Position numbers and translations under genes: made by a program
Notes under the pieces: generated by a model
Seen by the model: only the letters and a program-made list of their open reading frames with translations
What the model was told of the DNA's origin: nothing
The model's database searches: none
NCBI RefSeq assembly: GCF_009914755.1
Contig: NC_060940.1
Direction: 5' to 3' (one strand)
Length of the DNA stretch: 64,000 nt
Source: the human T2T-CHM13v2.0 reference genome, Homo sapiens
Shown: positions 1 to 13,165 of the stretch, in pieces
How the letters are laid out: every line of letters starts with the position of its first letter
How positions within the stretch are numbered: position 1 is the stretch's first letter

Positions 1-964
1 CCATTCGATTCCATTCGATGATTCCATTCAATTCCATTCGAGGATGATTCCATTCCAGTCCATATGATCATTCCATTTGATTTCATTCGATGATGATTCC
101 ATTCGATTCCATTCGATGATTCCATTCTATTCCATTCGATGATGATTCCATTCGAGTCCATTCGATGATTCCATTCGAGTCCATTTAATGATTCCATTGG
201 GTTCAATTCAATGATGATTACATTGGATTCCGTTCTATGATTCCATTCAATTCCGTTCATTGACAATTTGATTCCATTCGATGATGATTCCATTTGAGTT
301 CATTCGATGATTCTATTCGATTCTCTTCGATGGTGATTCAATTCTATTATATTGGATGATTCCATTCGATTCCATTTGATGTTGATTCAATTCGATTCTA
401 TTCGATGATGATTCCATTGGATTTCACTTGATGATTCTATTCGATTCCATTCAATGATGATTCACTTCTCGTCCATTGGATGATTCCATTTCATTCCATT
501 CGATGATGATTCCATTCGATTCCATTCGATGATTCCATTTGATTCCATGCGTCGGTGAGCAATTCGATTCAATTCCATGATGATTCTATTTGATTCAATT
601 AGATGATGTTTCCATTCGAATCCATTCCATGATTATTCCATTGGAATCCATTCGGCGATGATTCCATATGAGTCAATTCAATGATGATTCCATATGGGTC
701 CGTTCGATGATAATTCCATTTGATTTCATTCGGTGCTTCTATTCAATTCCAGTCGATGATGATTCCGTTGGAGTCCATACGATGATTCCATTTGATTTCA
801 TTTGATGATGATTCCATTCGATGATGATTACATTGGATTCCATTCTATGATTCCATTCAATTCCATTCGTTGATGATTCGATTCCATTCAATGATGATTC
901 CTTTTGAGTTCATTCGATGATTCTATTCGATTCCGTTCGATGGTGATTCAATTCTCTTATATTG
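1..964 (+). repeat. Partial 6.1-kb unit (3' end of the preceding copy)
   Basis: Positions 1-964 recur at offset +6138 (position 1 corresponds to 6139). The unit phase is arbitrarily set at GATGA(A/T)TCCACTCGATTCCATTTGATGATTATTCCATTGGAGTCCACTTAGTGAATCC. Confidence 0.85.
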
Positions 965-3900
965 GATGAATCCACTCGATTCCATTTGATGATTATTCCA
1001 TTGGAGTCCACTTAGTGAATCCTTCAGATTCTACTCGAAGATGATTCCATTCAAGTCCATTCGATGATACCATTCAATTCCATTCGTTGATGCTTCCATT
1101 CAAGTGCATTCGATGATATCATTCGATTCCATTTGATGATAATTCCATTTGATTCCATGCGATGATTCTATTCGATTCCATTCAATGATAATTCCATTCA
1201 GTTCAGTGATTCCTCTGGACTCCATTTGATGATGATTCCATTCAATGATTCCATTCGATTCTATTCGAAAATGATTCCATTTGAATCCATTTGATGATGA
1301 TTCCATTAGATTCCATTTGATGATTCCATTCGATTCCATGTGACGATGATTCCATTCGATTCCATGTGATGATTCCATTCTATTCTATTCGATGATGATT
1401 CCATTCGATTCCATTCGATGATGATTGGATTCGATTCCATTTGATGATTTCATTTGATTCCATTCGTTAATGATTTCGATCAATTCCATTCGATGATTCC
1501 ATTCGATTCCATTCGATAATGATTACATCCGTGTCCATTCAGTGATTCCATTTGAGCCTGTTCGATAATTCCATTTGAGTCCAACCAATGATTCCATTCA
1601 TTTCCCTTCCATGATTCCATTCGAGTCCATTTGATCATTCCGGTAGGGTCCATTCGATGTTGATTCCATTGGAGTGCATTCGATGATTCCATTCGAGTCC
1701 ATTTTATGATTTGATTCGAGTTCTTTCAATGATTCCATTCGATTCCACTCGATGATGATTTCATTCGAGTCCATTCGACACTTCCAATCGATTCCATTTG
1801 ATGTTTCCATTCGAGTCCAATTGATGATTCCATTCAATTCCATTCGATGATGATTCCGTACGATTCCATTCTGTGATGATTCCATGTGATTGCATTCAAT
1901 GATGATTCCTTTAGATTGCATTCGATTGTGATTCATTTCGTCTTCATTCTATGGTTCCACAGGTTTCCATTCGTGTCCATTCCATTATTCCATTCTATTC
2001 CATTTGATGATGATTCCATTCGATTCCATTCATTGGTGATTCCACTCAATTCCATTCAATGATTCCATTCCATTTCTTTCAACAATGATTCCATTAGTTT
2101 CTAATCGATGATCCACTTGATTCCATTTGACGACGATTCCATTCTTGTCCATTCGATGATTCCATTTGATTCCATATGATGATGATTCCATTCGATTCCA
2201 TACGATGATGATTCCATTCGAGTCCATTCAATGGTGATTCCATTCAATTCCATTCGATGATTCCTTTCGATTCCATTCGATGATGATGGCATTCGATTCC
2301 TTTCAATCATTCCCTTTGATTCCATTCAAAGGTGATTTCATTCAAGTCCATTCGATAATTGCATTCGATTCCATTCTATGATGATTCCATTCGAGTCCAT
2401 TTGATGATTCCATTCAATTCAAGTCAATGATGATTCCATTCGATTCCATTCGATGATTCCATTGGATTCCATTCGATGATGATTCCATTCAAATCCATTC
2501 GATAATTCAATTCAAGTCCATTCGATGATGATTAAAATCGAATCCATTCAAAGATTCCATTCAGTTCCATTCGATGATTCCCTTAGATTCCATTCGATGA
2601 TTCCACTTGATTTCATTTACGATGATTCCATTCGATTCCATGTGATGATTCCATTCAATTCTATTCAATGCTGTTTCCATTTCTTTCCATTCGACCATGA
2701 TTGCCTTTGATTCCATTCAATGACTCCATTCGGTTCCTTTTGATGATGATTCCGTTCGATTCCATTTCATTATTCCATTTGATTCCATTGGATGAGTCCA
2801 TTCGATTACATTCGATGATTATTCCATTCGAGTGCATTAGATGATTCCATTCGAGTCCATTCGATGATTCCATTCGATTCCATTCGATGTTGATTCTGTT
2901 CAAATCCATTCGATGATTCCACTCGATTCCATTCGATGACTCCAGTTGATCCCATTCGATGATTTCCTTTGATTCCCTTTGATGATCATTTCGTTTGATT
3001 CAATTCGGTGATTTCATTTGATTCCATTCAGTGATGTTTCCATTCGACTCCATTCGATGATGATTCCATTCGACTCCATTCGATGATGATTCCATTCGAC
3101 TCCATTCGATTATGATTTCATTCAATTCCATTCGATAATGATTCCCTTCGAGTCCATTCGATGATTCCATTCGATTCCATTCAACGATGATTTGATTCGT
3201 GTCCATTCGATGATTCCATTTGATTCCACTTGATGATGATTCCATTCGAGTCCATTTGATGATTCCATTCAATTCCATTCTCCGATGATTTCTTTTGAGC
3301 CCACTCAATGCTTCCACTCGATTCCATATGATGATGACTCCATTCGATGAAATTCGATGATGATTCCATTCGCTTGCATTCGATGATGATTCCACTTGAG
3401 TCCATTAGAAGATTCTATTCAATTACATTCCATGACGATTCCGTTCGAGTCCATTTGATGATTCCATTAGACTCCATTCGACGATGATTCCATTCGATGT
3501 TATTCGATGATTCCATTCGATCTCATTCGATGATGATTCCATTCAACTCCATTCGATGTTTCCATTCGAGTTCATTCTATTATTCCATTAGATTCCATTC
3601 GATGATGATTCCATTCGATTCCATTTGATGATTGCATTCTATTTCATTTGATGATGATTCCATTCGAGTCCACTCGATGATTCCATTCGAGTCCATTTAA
3701 TGAATCCATTGGTTTCAATTCTATGATGATTACATTGGATTCCATTCGTTGATGATTTCATTCGGTTCCATTCAATGATGATTCCATTCAATTCCTTTCA
3801 ATGTTTCCATTCAATTCCATACGATGATGATTCCATTTGATTTGATTCGACAGTGAGCCATTCGATTCAATTCCATGATGATTCTATTTGATTCCATTGG

Positions 3901-6900
3901 TTGACATTTCCATTCGATTCCATTCGATGATGATTCCCTTTGATTCCATTCAAAGATGATTCCATTCTAGCCCATTCAATCATTCCATTCGATTCTATTC
4001 AATGATGATTCCATTCATGTCGATTTGGTGATTCCATTTGACTTCATTTGATGATGATTCCTTTCAAGTTCATTAGATGATTCCATTCGATTCCATTTGA
4101 TGATGATCCCATTCGAGTCCATTCAGTGATTCCACTCGTTTCCATTCCATGATGATTCCATTCCATTCCATTCAATGATTCCATTCGATTCCGTTTGATG
4201 ATGATTTCATTCGAGTCCATTTGATGATTCCATTTGATTCCATTCGATGATGATTCCATTCGAGTCCATTCGATGATTCTATTCGAATCCATTTGATGAT
4301 ATCTTTTGATTATATTTGGTGATGATTCCATTGGAGTCCATTCAATGATTCCATTCGATTCCAATCGATGGTGATTCCATTAGAGTCCATTTAATGATTC
4401 CATTTGATTCCAGTCTCTGATGATTACATTCGAGTCCATACGATGATTCCACTCAATTCCATATCATGATGATTCCATTCGATTCCATTCGATGATTCCA
4501 TTCTATTCTATTCAATGGTGATTCCATTCGAGTACATTAGATGATTCCATTCGATTCCATTCAGTGATGATTCTATTTGTGTCCCTTAGATGATTCCACA
4601 TGATTCCATTAGATGATGATACTATTTGAGCCCATCCAATGATTCCCTTCGATTCCATTCGATGAGGATTCCATTCGATTCAATTCATTGGTGATTCTAT
4701 TCAATTCAATTCTTTGATTCCATTCCATTCCATTCGACAATGATTCCATTCGATTTCTTTCGATGATTCCACTCGATTCCACTTGACATTGATTCCCTTC
4801 GATTCCATTCAATGATTCCATTTGATTCCAGTGGATGATGATTGCCATCGATTCCATTTGATCACTCCATTCTATTCCACTTGATGATGATTACATTCGA
4901 TTCCATTTGACGATTCCATCTGATTCTATTCGAGGATTCCATTTGATTCCATTCGATGATGATTCCATTCGAGTCCATTCGATGATATCATTCGAGTACA
5001 TCCAATGATTCCATTCGAGTCCATTTGATGATTCCATTTGATTCCATTTGATAATGATTCTACTAGAGTCCATTCAATGACTCCATTGGAGTCCATTCAA
5101 CAATTCCATTCGACTCCATTTGATGATTCCATTGGATTCCATTTGATGATTCCATTCGAGTCCATTAAATCATTACAGTCGAGTCCATTTAGTGATTCCA
5201 CCGGCTTTCTTTTGATAATGATACCATTCAATTACATTTGATGATGATCCCATTCAATTTCATTTGATGATGATTCCATTAGAGTCCATTCGATGATTTC
5301 ATTCGAGTCCCTTCATTGATTCCATCCGATTTCATTGGATGATGACTCCATTCGAGTCCATTCGATGATTCCACTCGATAACATTAGATGATTCCATTGG
5401 AGTCCATTTGATTGTTCCATTCGATTCCATTCGATTCCTTTCGAAGATTATTCCATTTGAGTCCATTCGATGATGATTCCATTCCATTCCATTCGATGAT
5501 TCCGTTTGATTCCATTCGATGATTCCCTTCCATTCCTTTCTTTGATGATTCCATTCCATTCCATTCAATGATTCCATTCGAATCTATTCCATGATGATTC
5601 CTTTCGATTCCATTCGCTGATGTTTCCGTTCAATTCCATTCGATGATGATTCCATTCGATTCCATTCATTGAGGATTCCATTTGATTCCATTCAATGATG
5701 ATTCCGTTCTATTCCATTCAATGATTGCATTCAATTCCATTCAGTGATTATCCCCTTAGAGTAAACTCAACGATTCCATTCAATACCATTCGATGATGAT
5801 TCCTTTTGAGTCCATTCAATGATTTCATTCAAGTCCATTTGATGATTCCTTTCAATTCCATTCTATGATGATTCCATTCGAGTCCATTCGATGATTCCAT
5901 TCGATTGCATTCGATTATTCCATTATATTCCAGTCAACGATGATTCCATTCGAGTCCATTCGATGATTCCATTAGAGTACATTTAATGATTGCTTTGTTT
6001 TCAATTCGAAGATGATTACATTGGATTCCATTCTATGATACCATTCGATTCCATTCAATGATGATTCCACTCAAATCCATTGGATGATTCCATTCGTGTC
6101 CATTCGGTGATTTCATTAGATTCCATTCGAGGATGATTCCATTCGATTCCATTCGATGATTCCATTCAATTCCATTCGAGGATGATTCCATTCCAGTCCA
6201 TATGATCATTCCATTTGATTTCATTCGATGATGATTCCATTCGATTCCATTCGATGATTCCATTCTATTCCATTCGATGATGATTCCATTCGAGTCCATT
6301 CGATGATTCCATTCGAGTCCATTTAATGATTCCATTGGGTTCAATTCAATGATGATTACATTGGATTCCGTTCTATGATTCCATTCAATTCCGTTCATTG
6401 ACAATTTGATTCCATTCGATGATGATTCCATTTGAGTTCATTCGATGATTCTATTCGATTCTCTTCGATGGTGATTCAATTCTATTATATTGGATGATTC
6501 CATTCGATTCCATTTGATGTTGATTCAATTCGATTCTATTCGATGATGATTCCATTGGATTTCACTTGATGATTCTATTCGATTCCATTCAATGATGATT
6601 CACTTCTCGTCCATTGGATGATTCCATTTCATTCCATTCGATGATGATTCCATTCGATTCCATTCGATGATTCCATTTGATTCCATGCGTCGGTGAGCAA
6701 TTCGATTCAATTCCATGATGATTCTATTTGATTCAATTAGATGATGTTTCCATTCGAATCCATTCCATGATTATTCCATTGGAATCCATTCGGCGATGAT
6801 TCCATATGAGTCAATTCAATGATGATTCCATATGGGTCCGTTCGATGATAATTCCATTTGATTTCATTCGGTGCTTCTATTCAATTCCAGTCGATGATGA

Positions 6901-7102
6901 TTCCGTTGGAGTCCATACGATGATTCCATTTGATTTCATTTGATGATGATTCCATTCGATGATGATTACATTGGATTCCATTCTATGATTCCATTCAATT
7001 CCATTCGTTGATGATTCGATTCCATTCAATGATGATTCCATTTGAGTTCATTCGATGATTCTATTCGATTCCGTTCGATGGTGATTCAATTCTCTTATAT
7101 TG
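965..7102 (+). repeat. Unit 1 (type P): 6,138 bp = 6,112 + 26-bp local duplication
   Basis: Landmark ORF ends at 1100 and 7238 are 6138 apart, as are the GGTTCCACAGG landmarks at 1953 and 8091. An extra TTCCATTCGACTCCATTCGATGATGA copy lies near 3064-3089. Confidence 0.88.
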
Positions 7103-10100
7103 GATGAATCCACTCGATTCCATTTGATGATTATTCCATTGGAGTCCACTTAGTGAATCCTTCAGATTCTACTCGAAGATGATTCCATTCAAGTCCATTC
7201 GATGATACCATTCAATTCCATTCGTTGATGCTTCCATTCAAGTGCATTCGATGATATCATTCGATTCCATTTGATGATAATTCCATTTGATTCCATGCGA
7301 TGATTCTATTCGATTCCATTCAATGATAATTCCATTCAGTTCAGTGATTCCTCTGGACTCCATTTGATGATGATTCCATTCAATGATTCCATTCGATTCT
7401 ATTCGAAAATGATTCCATTTGAATCCATTTGATGATGATTCCATTAGATTCCATTTGGTGATTCCATTCGATTCCATGCGACGATGATTCCATTCGATTC
7501 CATGTGATGATTCCATTCTATTCTATTCGATGATGATTCCATTCGATTCCATTCGATGATGATTGGATTCGATTCCATTTGATGATTTCATTTGATTCCA
7601 TTCGTTAATGATTTCGATCAACTCCATTCGATGATTCCATTCGATTCCATTCGATAATGATTACATCCGTGTCCATTCAGTGATTCCATTTGAGCCCGTT
7701 CAATAATTCCATTTGAGTCCAACCAATGATTCCATTCATTTCCATTCAATGATTCCATTCGAGTCCATTTGATCATTCCGGTAGGGTCCATTCGATGTTG
7801 ATTCCATTGGAGTGCATTCGATGATTCCATTCGAGTCTATTTTATGATTTGATTCGAGTCCTTTCGATGATTCCATTCGATTCCACTCGATGATGATTTC
7901 ATTCGAGTCCATTCGACACTTCCAATCGATTCCATTTGATGTTTCCATTCGAGTCCAATTGATGATTCCATTCAATTCCATTCGATGATGATTCCGTACG
8001 ATTCCATTCTGTGATGATTCCATGTGATTGCATTCAATGATGATTCCTTTAGATTGCATTCGATTGTGATTCATTTCGTCTTCATTCTATGGTTCCACAG
8101 GTTTCCATTCATGTCCATTCCATTATTCCATTCTATTCCATTTGATGATGATTCCATTCGATTCCATTCATTGGTGATTCCACTCAATTCCATTCAATGA
8201 TTCCATTCCATTTCTTTCAACAATGATTCCATTAGTTTCTAATCGATGATCCACTTGATTCCATTTGACGACGATTCCATTCTTGTCCATTCGATGATTC
8301 CATTTGATTCCATATGATGATGATTCCATTCGATTCCATACCATGATGATTCCATTCGAGTCCATTCAATGGTGATTCCATTCAATTCCATTCGATGATT
8401 CCTTTCGATTCCATTCGATGATGATGGCATTCGATTCCTTTCAATCATTCCCTTTGATTCCATTCAAAGGTGATTTCATTCAAGTCCATTCGATAATTGC
8501 ATTCGATTCCATTCTATGATGATTCCATTCGAGTCCATTTGATGATTCCATTCAATTCAAGTCAATGATGATTCCATTCGATTCCATTCGATGATTCCAT
8601 TGGATTCCATTCGATGATGATTCCATTCAAATCCATTCGATAATTCAATTCAAGTCCATTCGATGATGATTAAAATCGAATCCATTCAAAGATTCCATTC
8701 AGTTCCATTCGATGATTCCCTTAGATTCTATTCGATGATTCCACTTGATTCCATTTACGATGATTCCATTCGATTCCATGTGATGATTCCATTCAATTCT
8801 ATTCAATGCTGTTTCCATTTGATTCCATTCGACCATGATTGCCTTTGATTCCATTCAATGACTCCATTCGGTTCCCTTTGATGATGATTCCGTTCGATTC
8901 CATTTCATTATTCCATTTGATTCCATTGGATGAGTCCATTCGATTACATTCGATGATTATTCCATTCGAGTGCATTAGATGATTCCATTCGAGTCCATTC
9001 GATGATTCCATTCGATTCCATTCGATGTTGATTCTGTTCAAATCCATTCGATGATTCCACTCGATTCCATTCGATGACTACAGTTGATCCCATTCGATGA
9101 TTTCCTTTGATTCCCTTTGATGATCATTCCATTTGATTCAATTCGGTGATTTCATTTGATTCCATTCAGTGATGTTTCCATTCGACTCCATTCGATGATG
9201 ATTCCATTCGACTCCATTCGATTATGATTTCATTCAATTCCATTCGATAATGATTCCCTTTGAGTCCATTCGATGATTCCATTCGATTCCATTCAACGAT
9301 GATTTGATTCGTGTCCATTCGATGATTCCATTTGATTCCACTTGATGATGATTCCATTCGAGTCCATTTGATGATTCCATTCAATTCCATTCTCCGATGA
9401 TTTCTTTTGAGCCCACTCAATGCTTCCACTCGATTCCATATGATGATGACTCCATTCGATGAAATTCGATGATGATTCCATTCGCTTGCATTCGATGATG
9501 ATTCCACTTGAGTCCATTAGAAGATTCTATTCAATTACATTCCATGACGATTCCGTTCGAGTCCATTTGATGATTCCATTAGACTCCATTCGACGATGAT
9601 TCCATTCGATGTTATTCGATGATTCCATTCGATCTCATTCGATGATGATTCCATTCAACTCCATTCGATGTTTCCATTCGAGTTCATTCTATTATTCCAT
9701 TAGATTCCATTCGATGATGATTCCATTCGATTCCATTTGATGATTGCATTCTATTTCATTTGATGATGATTCCATTCGAGTCCACTCGATGATTCCATTC
9801 GAGTCCATTTAATGAATCCATTGGTTTCAATTCTATGATGATTACATTGGATTCCATTCGTTGATGATTTCATTCGGTTCCATTCAATGATGATTCCATT
9901 CAATTCCTTTCAATGTTTCCATTCAATTCCATACGATGATGATTCCATTTGATTTGATTCGACAGGGAGCCATTCGATTCAATTCCATGATGATTCTATT
10001 TGATTCCATTGGTTGACATTTCCATTCGATTCCATTCGATGATGATTCCCTTTGATTCCATTCAAAGATGATTCCATTCTAGCCCATTCAATCATTCCAT

Positions 10101-13100
10101 TCGATTCTATTCAATGATGATTCCATTCATGTCGATTTGGTGATTCCATTTGACTTCATTTGATGATGATTCCTTTCAAGTTCATTAGATGATTCCATTC
10201 GATTCCATTTGATGATGATCCCATTCGAGTCCATTCAGTGATTCCACTCGTTTCCATTCCATGATGATTCCATTCCATTCCATTCAATGATTCCATTCGA
10301 TTCCGTTTGATGATGATTTCATTCGAGTCCATTTGATGATTCCATTTGATTCCATTCGATGATGATTCCATTCGAGTCCATTCGATGATTCTATTCGAAT
10401 CCATTTGATGATTTCTTTTGATTATAGTTGGTGATGATTCCATTGGAGTCCATTCAATGATTCCATTTGATTCCAGTCTCTGATGATTACATTCGAGTCC
10501 ATACGATGATTCCACTCAATTCCATATGATGATGATTCCATTCGATTCCATTCGGTGATTCCATTCTATTCTATTCAATGGTGATTCCATTCGAGTACAT
10601 TAGATGATTCCATTCGATTCCATTCAATGATGATTCTATTTGTGTCCCTTAGATGATTCCACATGATTCCATTAGATGATGATACTATTTGAGCCCATCC
10701 AATGATACCCTTCGATATCATTCGATGAGGATTCCATTCGATTCAATTCATTGGTGATTCTATTCAATTCAATTCTTTGATTCCATTCCATTCCATTCGA
10801 CAATGATTCCATTCGATTTCTTTCGATGATTCCACTCGATTCCACTTGACATTGATTCCCTTCGATTCCATTCAATGATTCCATTTGATTCCAGTGGATG
10901 ATGATTGCCATCGATTCCATTCGATCACTCCATTCTATTCCATTTGATGATGATTACATTCGATTCCATTTGACGATTCCATCTGATTCTATTCGAGGAT
11001 TCCATTTGATTCCATTCGATGATGATTCCATTCGAGTCCATTCGATGATTTCATTCGAGTACATCCAATGATTCCATTCGAGTCCATTTGATGATTCCAT
11101 TTGATTCCATTTGATAATGATTCTACTAGAGTCCATTCAATGACTCCATTCGAGTCCATTCAACAATTCCATTCGACTCCATTTGATGATTCCATTGGAT
11201 TCCATTTGATGATTCCATTCGAGTCCATTTAATCATTACAGTCGAGTCCATTTGGTGATTCCACCGGATTTCTTTTGATAATGATACCATTCAATTACAT
11301 TTGATGATGATCCCATTCAATTTCATTTGATGATGATTCCATTAGAGTCCATTCGATGATTTCATTCGAGTCCCTTCATTGATTCCATCCGATTTCATTG
11401 GATGATGACTCCATTCGAGTCCATTCGATGATTCCACTCGATTCCATTAGATGATTCCATTGGAGTCCATTTCATTGTTCCATTCGATTCCATTCGATTC
11501 CTTTCGAAGATTATTCCATTTGAGTCCATTCGATGATGATTCCATTCCATTCCATTCGATGATTCCGTTTGATTCCATTCGATGATTCCCTTCGATTCCT
11601 TTCTTTGATGATTCCATTCCATTCCATTCAATGATTCCATTCGAATCTATTCCATGATGATTCCTTTCGATTCCATTCGCTGATGTTTCCGTTCAATTCC
11701 ATTCGATGATGATTCCATTCGATTCCATTCATTGAGGATTCCATTTGATTCCATTTAATGATGATTCCGTTCTATTCCATTCAATGATTGCATTCAATTC
11801 CATTCAATGATTATCCCCTTAGAGTAAACTCAACGATTCCATTCAATACCATTCGATGATGATTCCTTTTGAGTCCATTCAATGATTTCATTCAAGTCCA
11901 TTTGATGATTCCTTTCAATTCCATTCTATGATGATTCCATTCGAGTCCATTCGATGATTCCATTCGATTGCATTCGATTATTCCATTATATTCCAGTCAA
12001 CGATGATTCCATTCGAGCCCATTCGATGATTCCATTAGAGTACATTTAATGATTGCTTTGTTTTCAATTCGAAGATGATTACATTGGATTCCATTCTATG
12101 ATACCATTCGATTCCATTCAATGATGATTCCACTCAAATCCATTGGATGATTCCATTCGTGTCCATTCGGTGATTTCATTAGATTCCATTCGAGGATGAT
12201 TCCATTCGATTCCATTCGATGATTCCATTCAATTCCATTCGATGATGATTCCATTCCAGTCCATATGATCATTCCATTTGATTTCATTCGATGATGATTC
12301 CATTCGATTCCATTCGATGATTCCATTCTATTCCATTCGATGATGATTCCATTCGAGTCCATTCGATGATTCCATTCGAGTCCATTTAATGATTCCATTG
12401 GGTTCAATTCAATGATGATTACATTGGATTCCGTTCTATGATTCCATTCAATTCCGTTCATTGACAATTTGATTCCATTCGATGATGATTCCATTTGAGT
12501 TCATTCGATGATTCTATTCGATTCTCTTCGATGGTGATTCAATTCTATTATATTGGATGATTCCATTCGATTCCATTTGATGTTGATTCAATTCGATTCT
12601 ATTCGATGATGATTCCATTGGATTTCACTTGATGATTCTATTCGATTCCATTCAATGATGATTCACTTCTCGTCCATTGGATGATTCCATTTCATTCCAT
12701 TCGATGATGATTCCATTCGATTCCATTCGATGATTCCATTTGATTCCATGCGACGGTGAGCAATTCGATTCAATTCCATGATGATTCTATTTGATTCAAT
12801 TAGATGATGTTTCCATTCGAATCCATTCCATGATTATTCCATTGGAATCCATTTGGCGATGATTCCATATGAGTCAATTCAATGATGATTCCATATGGGT
12901 CCGTTCGATGATAATTCCATTTGATTTCATTCGATGCTTCTATTCTATTCCAGTCGATGATGATTCCGTTGGAGTCCATACGATGATTCCATTTGATTTC
13001 ATTTGATGATGATTCCATTCGATGATGATTACATTGGATTCCATTCTATGATTCCATTCAATTCCATTCGTTGATGATTCGATTCCATTCAATGATGATT

Positions 13101-13165
13101 CCATTTGAGTTCATTCGATGATTCTATTCGATTCCGTTCGATGGTGATTCAATTCTCTTATATTG
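7103..13165 (+). repeat. Unit 2 (type Q): 6,063 bp = 6,112 - 49-bp deletion
   Basis: Landmark spacing 7238 to 13301. The CCAATCGATGGTGATTCCATTAGAGTCCATTTAATG segment is missing near 10465. Marker variants are GACAGGGAGCC and AATGATACCCTTCGATATC. Confidence 0.88.

Noticed and set aside
1422-1432. TGATTGGATTC, a near match to the reverse complement of the DUX4 motif (TAAYYYAATCA)
   Set aside because: It mismatches in the TAA core. DUX4 is known to bind some HSATII, but this site cannot be supported from sequence alone.
2525-2710. Recurrent plus-strand 61-aa ORF (MMIKIESIQRFH...)
   Set aside because: It is a chance stop-free stretch copied with the unit and is not reported in several copies.
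5750-5772. CCCCTTAGAGTAAACTCAAC: tiny inverted repeat (GAGT-AA-ACTC) and forkhead-like GTAAAC
   Set aside because: A 4-bp stem and a partial motif are expected by chance. It is useful only as a unit landmark.
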